A stretch of DNA of 64,000 nt from the human T2T-CHM13v2.0 reference genome, Homo sapiens. Under the pieces are notes generated by a model, which was given only the letters and a program-made list of their open reading frames with translations, had not been told where the DNA came from and made no database searches. The translations under genes and the position numbers were made by a program. Location of the stretch: NCBI RefSeq assembly GCF_009914755.1, contig NC_060940.1. One strand, written 5' to 3'. Of this stretch, positions 34,279 to 51,204 are shown one piece after another. How positions within the stretch are numbered: position 1 is the stretch's first letter; each line of letters begins with the position of its first letter.

Positions 34279-34993
34279 TAGTGCACACTAAAAGCAAAAG
34301 TGATCAATCAGCTGGGAAACATTTTGGAAAAAATCGAAATCAACCTGTAATTGCATTGCTTTCCTTGATTACTTAACGGCTTTTCCCTTTAAACTGGGTA
34401 CATTTTATCATTTAGCAAATATGTATTTTTAAATTCCTATGAAAGAATATTTTTGGTTTTAAATCCCATACATTCTAGTATTTTTGAGACTTTTCACTGC
34501 AAATTTTAACATGCAAAATGTACGGCCTGGTTTCCATAAGCATAAATAGTATAAATGCCAACAATAAGAATGTCTTCTAAGCAGCTAAATCTTGTAAGTT
34601 TAGTTGGAATTGAGACCAGCTATTTGGGTAAGCGAATTAGAGTCTTAGTATTGTAAGTGGGTATGTTTATGTGGCACAGGGTTGCCAACTGCCTGAGTCT
34701 ATTCGTGAGTCAGAACGACTTTGCTGATGTGTTGGGCCAAGCCAGCCCTGGTTGGCAGCCTGGTGCAGCCGTAAAATTCAGCCTTACAAACAGTCTCCCG
34801 CCATTCCCGCACCATGGGACTTTAGTGTTGTGTGTAACAACAGTATAACCTGCTGTTAGCCCATTATCAACTGACTGCTATGCTAAACCAAAATTATAAT
34901 AATATTGCTTGTAGAAGTTAGAATATAATTTATTCCCCCTCTCCTTGATAATTTAGCAAAAATCCAATATAATTTCTTCTTTTCTGCTTTTAG

Positions 34994-35221
<228 letters not shown>

Positions 35222-36292
35222 TAAATTTGTGGGCATTCAAAGAGAGGGCACTGTCAGTCACCTTATTATACTTTAAATTCTCTTTAGATGAAAAATGAAG
35301 GAACAACTTCTAATTGTTATTCTTTTTTCATCGAAATATTTCATGAGCAAACATACTAAAATAAACAGACACAGACAATAGAAAAACACCTTGGAGACTT
35401 CCAGATAAGTAGGGAGTAGAATCTGTTTAACCCTAAAAGCATAGTAGAAAAGGCATTCACTTATTTGGATGGGTTCATGTTTGGTGGCTGTTTCTCCTTC
35501 TTGGGTCCTTATTGCCTTGATTACAACCAATTGTCAGCAATTAATGAGGCTTTAATGAGATGATTCTGAAGTCCTGAGAGGCAGCAAGCATAGTAATATA
35601 TCTTTGAATTCATGAGCAGAAGGGTGCAAGGAGACAATGTATTTTCTTTTTGAATTTCTCCTTTCCTGTTTGATTTTGCATGTCTCTTTGTGCTTTTTCC
35701 AGCTTCATGTGGGCTTGAAAGTAAGCAGAAAGTAAATTCCTTCCATGCTTTTCTGAAGTTCTGTTTGCTTGCTTGTGTCCTGATTTTTGTGAGCAATATT
35801 TTTTCTTGATATAATTGTAAAATAGATTCTGCGTTATTGGACTTCAGTGGAAGTGCTTTTAGTCATTTGCTTTAATGTGTAAACTTTGAAAATGAGTAAG
35901 GAAAGGGGGTGAAGAGATAGAGTAGTTGCCTAGGAACCATTTTCTGGCTTATTGAGCTGCCTTATAAACATTAATAGTTCTATGTGTTTATTCATTGAGG
36001 AAACATTACATTGATTGGGAGCCTGCTCTGTTCAAAAGTATTGGGCCAAAGGACACGAAGACTTTTCAGCAAGACGATCCTTGCTTTTTAGGGGCTCATA
36101 ATTTAGAGTGAGAAATAGATATATAGCTAATATAAACCCAAAAAATATAGAAGTATTTCTGATGTAACTTGGGGTTTCACTCTTAGGAGTGAACAGGGCA
36201 CTATTTCTTTTGTTTGCATAACTGTTTATGTATGGAATGGGATAATTCTTGATGGGCCAGAATACATTCCGGCAACTGATACACCATAATGA

Positions 36293-36604
<312 letters not shown>

Positions 36605-36669
36605 TAAAAGTTCATCTATAACCAGCCCATTGTGTCAAAATTAGTTGTGGCTTCTTATCTTCAAATTAA

Positions 36670-36837
<168 letters not shown>

Positions 36838-36917
36838 TGACTGAGTATTAGAGGCTTTTCTGTGTTGTGTGCGTTTAATGGGAAGAAACGTTTTCCAATC
36901 TTTTGCCACTCTTTCAG

Positions 36918-37105
36918 GAAATGGTGTTACCTTGATAGTAGATACTCAGCAGTTAGATAAATGTAATAATAATCTATCTGAAGAAAATGAAGCCCTTGGA
37001 AAATGTAGAAGTAAAACCTCGGAATCTCTTAGTAAACACTCTTCAAACTCTTCATCAGGTCCAGTGTCGTCCTCTTCTGCCACACAGTCCAGCTCTAGTG
37101 ATGTA
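36918..37105 (+). CDS. TENT4B: TENT4B coding exon 10 (long form; Ser-rich; alternative internal acceptor at 37059)
   Basis: ctttcag acceptor; gta|gtaagt donor; lies inside ORF-track 36869..37168. Confidence 0.92.
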
Positions 37106-37457
37106 GTAAGTATGAAAGCCTCGGCTCTTCTGAACTCAGATGCATGCACGTTCTCTTGCTGGGGTTAACACTGTCTCGAAGGCTAAGGCTACTTCCTTTG
37201 CTTACATGTTACTGGGATATTTTAATAACTTTCATGCTTGTACATTTTCTCAACATTTTGTTATGAAAAAGTTCAAGCATATAGTAAAAGTGAACAAATT
37301 TTAGTGAGCATTCATGTACTCACCAGTAGATTCTGCTATTAACCTTTTACTTGCTTATGTCATACCTGTCTATCCATCACTCTATCCATTAATTCATCTT
37401 ATTCTTTGATCCATTTCAAAGTAGATTACAGACATCAGTTCCCCTAGAGTACTGTAG

Positions 37458-38535
<1,078 letters not shown>

Positions 38536-39658
38536 AAATTTTTTTTTAGTTGAGATATAGTTAACATAAAATTCAGCATTAAAAATGTACAATTCAGTGG
38601 TTTTTAGAACATATTCACAATGTTGTGCAGCCATCTCCAGTAATTCTAGAACATTTCCATCACCCCAAGAAGAAACCCTGCATTTAGCAGTAGTTTCTTC
38701 TAATTCTTCCTTCCCTCCCTTAACCTCTGGTAACCTCTAATCTACTTTCTCTTTCTATCCTGATAGAATTTTTTTTGTTCCCCCATCCTGATAGAATTTA
38801 TGTGTCAATTATAATGTAAGTTACCTTTTAAAATCAAAGTGAATTTGTAGTGTACTGATTTGAGATCTAAAGCAGGCTTACCTGTTTGAGTTTAACTTTA
38901 TTAAGTGTAGGACATGAAAAGTAATCTAAATATTGTATGTTGTTGATGATGACCATGTGTCAATATGGAATCATAAATCCTCCTGTGCAAAATCTCCCTG
39001 TGTGCTTTTTTGGTTCCTAGAGCAGTATGCTTTGGAGGACAGAAGCCAAGCTAGATGTCACAGACACAGGGAGATGGAGTGTTGGGGACTGAGAGAATGT
39101 GACTCTGACATGCTGGGTAGAGTGCCAGGGCCAGGGTGGAGACCTGCAGAGAGACGTAGCATTGTCATGGCCCATGCAGCCCAGAAATAGGTGGAGCTCA
39201 GCCCACTGTCGCGGGAAGTCCACCCCCACCCACACCAGTATGTTTGGTTAGAATGATCACTGATTTGTCATCACAGACTCTCAGAGATTGAACCCCTTAA
39301 ACCCATCATCTTGTGTCTGGCTGAAGCCAGGGACTAGGACCTAGGTTCCTCACTCTTTACCATACTCTTTCATTTTCTATAAATAAAAAAACAAATAAAC
39401 TTAGACCTCTGTGAGCTCCTTCAAGGTCAGATGTGGGCAGTGGATTTAACAATGAACAGAAGCTCTCTGATAAAATCAGTCATTTTAAATGTTTGGAGGA
39501 AAATTTAAACAAACAGTTAATTTTTTGTGTGCTTCTTTTAACTCCCAAATGTTTAAATTTAGTCCAGAGAGTACTTTAACCAAAATTGTTTTTCTTTCTG
39601 AATATTGAGTATCTAAATTACTAATATGTCACATTATAACTCATGTGACTTGTGTTAG

Positions 39659-39850
<192 letters not shown>

Positions 39851-40940
39851 TAGTATTTGATACAAAATATTTAGAATTTCCCACATGTAAATAATATGCA
39901 GCATGGGTTTGAAGAAAACGCTAGATTGAAGAACAAACTTATTTTATTCTAAGAGGTTCCAACACATGACAGTGCTTCTAGGAACAGGATGTCCTAAGGA
40001 TCCTTGTGAGACACCATTGTAACATAAATCTCTTCAGGAATCTATTGACTGGTCCTTATAAGATGTTCCAGCCAAACTACCATATAAAAAGTGTCTCAGT
40101 TGTACATGAAATAAGCTGGCATGAAGGTTTTGTGAGGCCTCATGGCAGTGTGCATATCTGGGAATAATGTATCCTTTTCTAATATTTTAATGTTCAATAC
40201 CTTGTTGCTGGTGTTGAAATGATCAGCTGGCTGTCAGGCGTGGTCAGTTGATTAACATTAGCTTGGACTTAAAAGGCCACAGAGATACTCTAGTTTAAGT
40301 TTTTTTGTTGCCTAGAATTGTCATTAACTGAGTAATGACTCAGAGTGAGGGGAGGAAGCCATTGATATGGGGCTCTGGCCTAAGGCTGGGTCACTCCTCA
40401 CTATAGCTGGGAACCTGGGAATAGGCCTCTTGGTGTAACCTTGTGTCTGATTTGACTCACTGAGTTCACTTTACCTACGCGGCCTTAGCCATGTATGCCA
40501 GACACAGACTTATCACAAAATACCAGTTCAAGTGACAGGGTTGACAGAAGGGACTGAGGTCACGAGAAAGCCACAGGCCATGAGTAGCAGGAAGGGAGTA
40601 GCCACCTGTGCTGACCCAAACCTACCAGTGTGCCTGTCATGCCCAAGAGCCTCTTCCCGCTCTGTCACTTATGATGTGGTGTTTGGGTTGGTAAGTTTCT
40701 TAAGAAAACCTTTGCATCCCACACACTGTTAAGAAGGCGGGCGAGTGGTCTATGCTTTTCATTATTTCCATTAAAATAAAGTAAGGGTTTTAGAGCTAAA
40801 AAGAACCCCTGTAACAGCTTTTTCTGCCCACTAGATAAGTCAGTGATCAGTAAGGTAACAATCTAGCCAGCATATTCCTAGTTTTGAAAGCTTCCCCAAA
40901 TCCAGGTGTTTGAGAACACTCTGCTTTTCTGCAATACTGA

Positions 40941-41147
<207 letters not shown>

Positions 41148-41435
41148 TCAGCGCTGCGCGGTGGACTGTCTTCTCTGTGCAATGATCTCATGCTCAGGAC
41201 AGTTGCGCAGGGACTCCTGGGAGATATTCAGGAGCCTCACACTGTTCAGACGTTGACTTAGCAACTGCGTTTTTTCCCAGCTCGCCACAGAATGGATCAT
41301 GAAGACTGACAACTGCAAAAAAAACAAAACAAAACAAAAAAAAAAGCAAGCAAAAAAGAGGGAAAAAAAAGGCTGCTTATTTGATAAGTCATATGCTACA
41401 ACAGGGTCATTTTAAGATTTAAAGCTTGAATGTAA

Positions 41436-41441
41436 AATAAA
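41436..41441 (+). terminator. Candidate proximal polyadenylation signal AATAAA
   Basis: tgtaaAATAAA with an adjacent UGUA; further AATAAA at 45463 and 46489. Confidence 0.35.
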
Positions 41442-44400
41442 TATATTTCTCATTGGCTTTATGCAGAGTTATAGGGAATAGTATTCAGTGTTGGTAGGGT
41501 GATAGAAACAAAAAACAGTATCAGAGGATGAGGTGGGGAAGGAAAACAAAGGTATCTGATAGGAAGTCCAGATTCCAAAGGGGAAAGTGATCTGTGCATG
41601 TTTTTTTTTTAAATATTTTTGCATATATTTACCATTTTATTGTGTGTATATATAGAAGACCATATAGGAAATTGATATTTGTAATAGTGGATTTGTTAAT
41701 AATACTTTTTACATAACATTACTGTTTAAATTGTAAACAGATTTTTTCTCAGGATTAGTTTGAAAAATAATCTAAATTGTCATCTTAACATCCATATATA
41801 GGGAAGTGATTAGTTCTATTACTCAATTTGTTTTTCTCAGCATTGAAATGACTTAATAGAACCCTTGTGTCCTGCTGCAAAAATTTTTCCTCTCTAAAGA
41901 AAAGGTTTATGGTGGCAAATGATGTTTATTTTATTTTGTAAAAAAAAAAAAATGTACTATGTACTTTTGTGTAAACACTGAAAAATCTCTGGTCATCTCC
42001 GAGAATTAACTTGCAACTGTTTTCTATAGTGCTGTCGTCTTGGGCAATGGGCAATTACATGACTTTGTGTTTGCTTCCTTTGCAGTCTTTTTTTTTTCCC
42101 CCCATTTCTTCCTAATAGGAAAAAAAAAAAAAAAAAAGGTCACCCATGTCTGGTCTCATTCCTGTTGCAGTGAAACTTCGAGTTCCACAGACTTTGCATG
42201 CTGGCTTCTCTAACCCTGTGTGCTGCGTGTGCCTGTTTCTCATCTCTTATTCTTTTTAAAATTCATGCTTAACTACTGTGGGAGAATAACTGTAAACAGC
42301 TTTAATTAAATCATACTTATAAAAAACTATTTTCTTATATTCCACTCTATGCTTTTGGTATTGTTGATCTTTACAAATTAAATGGTCTTTGATAATGGAT
42401 CTATTTTGTATTGCCTTATTAAGACCAAATACTTCTTGTCATCCCATTCTTTATCCTCTTCTTTCATGGAATTGTTATCGTTAATTAAAACTTTTTTAAA
42501 CATTGGCTTGTTTCAATCATACTGTAAATTTTGGTTGTAGTCAGCTTTGAGTGCAATGAGATGTATAATTCTGTTATCATTACCTGTTGAGTTTGAAACT
42601 CAGTTGGGAATATTTAATATAATAGAATGTAAGTGACATTTCTGAAAATGCTTTCTTTCAGGGTGAAAGCTCTTATGTTTAGCATCAATGTGTATGGCTC
42701 TGTTAAATGCAGCCATTTCTGAGACGAGATTCTTTTATATATATATACATATAAAGTACTATTGGCTTTTAGGAGTTTCTTTTATATACATTTATGAAAT
42801 ACTGAAGACCAATCAGACCATTAATGGACACTTAGTGTAACTTTTTATAAAGAAAATAATGCTAAAGTAAGACCAAAACTGATGTCATCACTGAAATTAA
42901 CAATTTTCAATATGTTCATATTTTAATTCACAATGGAAAAATGTGTTCCAAAACTGGAAACTCATAGTACTCGTGTAAACTGTGGAAGATTTCAAATGTG
43001 ATGTTATTTTGACAATGTTTTAAATTTTAGAGTCACATTTTATTCTGATCAGAATTTTTATTGAGATGTTGAGCTTTTGTTTTTGAAACTAGTTTGTCAT
43101 AACATTGTGCATAATCACAGTATTTATTTTCTAGGACAATTGTGAATGTGTAGACTTATGTTTACTGCTAAGGGAACAATTATTTATAAAATAATATTAA
43201 ATCCAGTATTAGCTGCCTATTTCAGACACTTAATACTTGCAGAGATCTATGTTACATTTACCACACTGAAGTTTTTTTTGTTGTTTTTTGTTTGTTTTTA
43301 AAGAATCACCCTCATTGTTGAAAGTAAATGTACTCTTAGGGTGCGAATATTAGTGTTCCAATAAGCATGTGATTATATTAAGGTGGTGGTAGCGGGAAGA
43401 TAATTCTGATTCCATTGGGAATCTTAGGTTTTCGTAAATTTATTGGGAAAATAGTTTTTCCTGTACTGCTGAAGTTTCTTTTTGGTAAACAGTATCTTTC
43501 TAAAAGAAAAAAGCATGAAGGAGAAATTGAGGTGTGTATACATTTCCTCAAATGACCAGCATTGTATTCGTGAATACTGTGTATCTTGCAGTGAACAGTG
43601 TGGAAGCTGTTCATTTTTCAATCTGAAGTAAAATACTTTCAAGAACTTTTAGTTTGCCTGCTCATTTGTTTTATACATTTCATCTATTTGACTCCTATCT
43701 TATTTCTTTTTTGAGTTTTAATACTTTCTATATTTTGTGAATATATCAGAAATGTGTCATTTATATATTATAGTCCATTCATATCCATGAATCATAACCT
43801 TCCTTTGCTAATACTTGTTGAATGGGATTTTACAAATTCTCCCTCACTCTGGTGACATTTCTCAGGCAGTCATGTATGTGTACCTGGCCATTAGAAATAT
43901 TAATATTTAAAGACTGTTTTTTAGAGGAGCTGATGGGTTGGTGAGGTGTCAGCACAAAATCTTACTGGTTATGTTTTGATGATAAAAGTATATCCATTTT
44001 TTCCCTCCAGCTTTAAGGTGACTGTGAAGGTGCCTGGTTTTGAATGTCTTTGTTTGGTTTGGAGATGTCGCACTCAGTTTTCAAATCTAGCTTGGATCTG
44101 TAGGACCTATGTTTTTTACAAGTAATTGCCCTCCAGTCTTCAACAGTTGATTCTGTTTTATTTTTATCCTGTTTTGAGTGTACTTTACCTTTACTTGCAT
44201 TTTGAGCCTCATTAATATTTAGGTTATTTGATTTGGCTCCAGATATTCCTAGATCTGCACAGGGCAAAACATGGGCTATAGGGTGAGCATTTTTAATTGT
44301 CTTTTTCTGCTGGAACCTTATATCTCTCCATGTGTTTTCTGCTCCTTCCCTCCCCCATGAAATGGTAAGTGTGACTTGTGTTTGCCTGAACCTGTGGACT

Positions 44401-45990
44401 AGTGTTTGGGGTTTCTGGAAACACTAGAGGGTCAGAAAAGAGTAATGACCACCGTGACGTGCAGGATTCTCTTGCTGTGACATGTTCATTGCAAAGCCCT
44501 CTCCAGTGACTAGGAGGTGTAGTTATTAAGGTTGATCTGTTAGAAATCACCATTATTAGGTATTAGTGGTAGATGTTGCTGATACTTTTATTGGTCATGA
44601 CTACATCTCAGTTTTACTTTAATATTGATCTATAGTTTGATCAGTTCCTTGAATTCTAATATGTTGATTTCTCAGTGTTTCTGTCACTAACCAAGAATGT
44701 TTCTAGGCAGTTGGTTGCTTCACAGTCAAAACTAAATGGTAAACTATCAAAAATACATTCCCAATTTTGCTGTGATAAATATTGAAATGTTAAAATTAAT
44801 GAACAGAAGAATTTATTCTTACCCATCTATTCTTGTTCTCCTAGTTCATTAAACTTTCAGTTATTGGAAAGGCACATTCTCAAAGTATTTTATGAGCAAA
44901 ATATTCTATAAATGCGTCTAACAAACCTAATTGAATATAAAAGTTATATTTAGTAGTTACTGTTGATAGTAATTTTCATCAGGGTCATAGTTCATCTAGT
45001 AAAATATTTAGAGAATGATGTTAACATTCCAGCATTAAAGTGGGAACAAAGATTTATATATGAAATTCCTTAAAAGAGTTCATCTTGCCTTGGTTTCTGA
45101 CCCTCAAGACTCTAGCTACCTGCCATCTTGTCAAAACATTTGTGGGTAGAATAAGTGTTAAAGATCAAATTTTAATATGCTTCTCGATATTTAACATAGC
45201 TAAGAAGCCAGATTTTACTGTAGAAGTTATTTACATGATTTGAAAACTTGACCTAACTGGAAGCCTTTTTCTCAGTCATCTTGTTCTAAGCCATCTTGAC
45301 TTCACACCCTTAGCGACTTTTCTTTTTTTTTTGGTCAAAGATAATGAGCTAAATATATATAGACGTTGAATGTTGACAAAATTATTAACCAGAAAAATTG
45401 CTTATAAAGGCTGCTGATCTATTTGATACCTAGAATTAAATATTTGAGGACAGTTTTTAGTTAATAAACTGCTAATGTTTATTTTACTGTCTCTCAGGTT
45501 TTTGGTTTTTTTAAAAAAATGTGTTTGGCCTTTACATTTTCTACTTAAGTGTGTACTTTATTGAGTTTAACCTTGTCTGTAGCCTAGTAGCCTGAAAGAA
45601 AAGGAGACAGAACCAGAGAGATGGATGTAGTGCATTCCCTTTGGTTATTACACATTTGTGGTAGCTCCTGGATTTACTGAGAGATATTTTAGCTATGTCA
45701 ATAAGAACAGCTAATGATGTGGAAATCAGGTGTTCTCTTGTGTATTTCAGTGAACATTTTTATTAGTAGTTGCATATCATCTCTAGTTCCACATTTTAAC
45801 TTAACGTCTTTGTGGCTTCACCACTGAGCTACCTTTCACTACACCAGCTTCTGTGTGGCCTGGTAACATGGAAGGTCTCTCCTAAGGACAGTCTGGACGT
45901 ATTTTGGGGGAATGTTATTTATCTTAAAGATGCCTAGAAACAAAACGCATATAGTACCAGTGAGAAACTATGAAGTAAACAAGTTGCTCA

Positions 45991-46103
45991 GGCCGGGCAT
46001 GGTGGCTCACGCCTGTAATCCCAGCACTTTGGGAGGCCGAAGCGGGAGGATGGCTTGAGGCTGGGAGTTTGAGACCTTCATCTCTTAAAAAAACAAACAA
46101 AAA
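45991..46103 (+). mobile_element. Alu left monomer inside the 3'UTR
   Basis: ggccgggcatggtggctcacgcctgtaatccc... with internal deletion. Confidence 0.85.
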
Positions 46104-47094
46104 CCTGAATGGTGAGGTGTGGTGGAATTGGGTAGGGGAGGGAAAGGAGGACTTGGAAAAGCATTCTCCAAAGCCAGCAACTTGTGAAGTTCAGTACTTG
46201 CCTCTTAGAGGTTAGGCCATGCCTTTCAAAGAGAGTGAAATGATGGGTTATCAGCCACATTCTTGGAGTTAATATTTTTCTTCATCTTTCAGTTTGGGTT
46301 CTGTGCTATTCATAGTTCTTCCCTAAGACCATTTCATTATTACCTTTTATATTTAGTTGCAATTTATTATAATATGTTGTTTTGTCCCTGAACTTAATCT
46401 CCTAATTTTAAGATCCTCTCTGATTTTTGCATATTGAAACTTACAGAAGTCACTTTAAAAAAGTCTTTTGAAAGTCCTACAATCCTAAAATAAATCACAA
46501 GCTTGTTTGTTAGACGTGTCAAGAGTCTCCAGTCTTTACTACTAAAAAGCAGCACTGCCTTAACACACATTGTTATGGGTGAAAAGTGAGGGACGACCAG
46601 TGTAGTTTCTGGATATAAAGTGTGAAGGACTGTTGAGTTAAACATTTTTAGTGGAATATACATAGATAACGTGTATTTAGAAACTTTGGTGAAGCCAGTA
46701 TTTGTTTTTAGTAACCTTTTTATTTATTTCCTTCTTTGATTAGCATTGTCTTCAGTGTTAAGAAATGTGGACTCCTGTGAGGTGCTGGAGGTTTGAATCA
46801 TCTTGAAAACTTTCCAATCTTGTCTAGTTACCACTGCAGAGACACTAAGGAATTTACCAGAAAAAGATATTTGATACAAGTGATTTAAGAAATCTCAACA
46901 TTTCCTGAGGCCGTATCACTGGGCAACCAGTGATGAAAACTATGAATGAATTGCACACCTGGAAGATTTTTTAAGCTAATGACAGTTTCTTCAAAGATGT
47001 CAATTATTTGCCTTGGAAATTTTATAAATTGCATTTCTATGCACATCGGCCTCTAGTGCTTACCACTCGGTTTATTATTCATAATCTGCAATTC

Positions 47095-47100
47095 AATAAA
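47095..47100 (+). terminator. Distal polyadenylation signal AATAAA (cleavage ~47120-47125)
   Basis: attcAATAAAggctttgtgttttcatttatcttca; Alu-dense sequence resumes ~700 nt later. Confidence 0.8.
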
Positions 47101-47809
47101 GGCTTTGTGTTTTCATTTATCTTCAAAACCACTGGTATGAGCCCTTATGTAAAACCTGAATGACTACTTTTTCTAAAAAAAATTTAAAGACAGCTCTGTT
47201 TAGGCAGGTTTTCTTGTGCACATATGGCATTTCTGTGGCTGGTTCTCTAAGCTGGATCTCTAAGCTAGTTCTCATCCTTTTTAATGCTAGTACTGGGAGA
47301 TGCTTGAGGATGCTGTTTTCATCCTACTCTGTCCTAGACAATGATAACCATTTGGCCCCCACAACAGCCATGGAAGATTATAGAAATTGATCTCATAGAA
47401 TTTGGTTATTCACAAATACCAGCCCAGTTTCACCCTCTACTTTAATGCAGGGGATTATGCCTGCTATACTAAGAAAATGAAATGCATTACCATAGGTTGG
47501 GCAGAGCAACAAGTAACAGATCATTACAACAGAATAATGAAAATAGTTCTCCAGAGAACCGAGAGAGGCAGGGTTAGTAACCAAAGTGCAGCCTAAGGCG
47601 TGTCTCAGAATTCTCCCTCAGCAGGGGAGGATTTGGTTTAGACTGGTCTGTCTGCCTGGGACCCAGCTGAGCGGTGGCCAAAAAAAAATCCTGGATAGTT
47701 TCCTGTAAGATAGTCCCAAACTGGCTTAGAGTGAAGGTGCTCAGCAGCATGTAGACAACTGGCGGGTGAAACCAGACTGCCCACTCCAGCGCGATGTCTT
47801 TTTCCCCCC

Positions 47810-50348
<2,539 letters not shown>

Positions 50349-51204
50349 CAGTAAGTGCATTATGAGATGTACTATGTTTACCAGTTTGGCTTAGGAATGC
50401 AATCTTTGACTTTGAAGTTGGAAGAATTTCACCTTTTAACCTTTCAAGTAAAATGCTTTATATTTCTTGCTTGTCTAAAGAAACCATGTTAAACCCAAAC
50501 TAATAATCTAATAATTCATTTGAGAAGTAGTATAAATTTGTGTGTGTGTGTTGCAGAAGACCTTTTTTCTTGTATTGTAAATTGACAATATATAATTATG
50601 TATGTGTGTGCAAGTGCATGTGTGTGTTAAAGCAAGTAACTACTATTTGAAAATGTGAGAGTAAAATTTTGTTGAAGAGGAACCATCCAACGCACAGCTG
50701 AGACTAGAGGTAAAAATGCCTTAATGTTTAATGTCAACATTAAAAGGAAAGGAGAGAGTTATTAAAAGTAGCAAGTGGCTTATTTAAATGGTGTATCAAT
50801 TTTCAAAAGAGTTATTGCTCAATTTAGATTGTAAACCACTTTGGTACTTAAATCACTCAACAGGTGGCCTCGGGAATGTGGCTTTCCACAGCACCCTTCA
50901 AAATAGTCACAAGGTGGGTTACGCCACACATCTTTGTTTTTAAGAGTCCAATTTAAGAAAATTGTGCTTTCACGTGCCAGACATCAGTGCCTAAGATGTC
51001 TCTGCAGGGAGATGTGAGGTTAGCAGGTGGCACAGGGAAGCCTGTTGAGACAGGTGCTTAAGCAACACGGCAGGGCACAGGGAGGGCTGCAGAGGTGCTG
51101 GGGAGGTGGGCTGGGCCCTGCCAAGACAGGTGAAAGCAGGTGGATAGGACTAGGGCACCAGTTTTGTCACAGTTTAAACACAAATAGTGTTTTATTTTAT
51201 TTTT

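Larger units (their letters stand above)
41148..47125 (+). other. TENT4B: TENT4B long 3'UTR (~6 kb)
   Basis: AU-rich and almost repeat-free (only one Alu monomer), unlike the flanks; ends after AATAAA. Confidence 0.85.

Noticed and set aside
41214-41223. CUC[CUGG]GAG Smaug-like loop in the 3'UTR
   Set aside because: Only a 3-bp stem, outcompeted by the CUCCUG/CAGGAG pairing.
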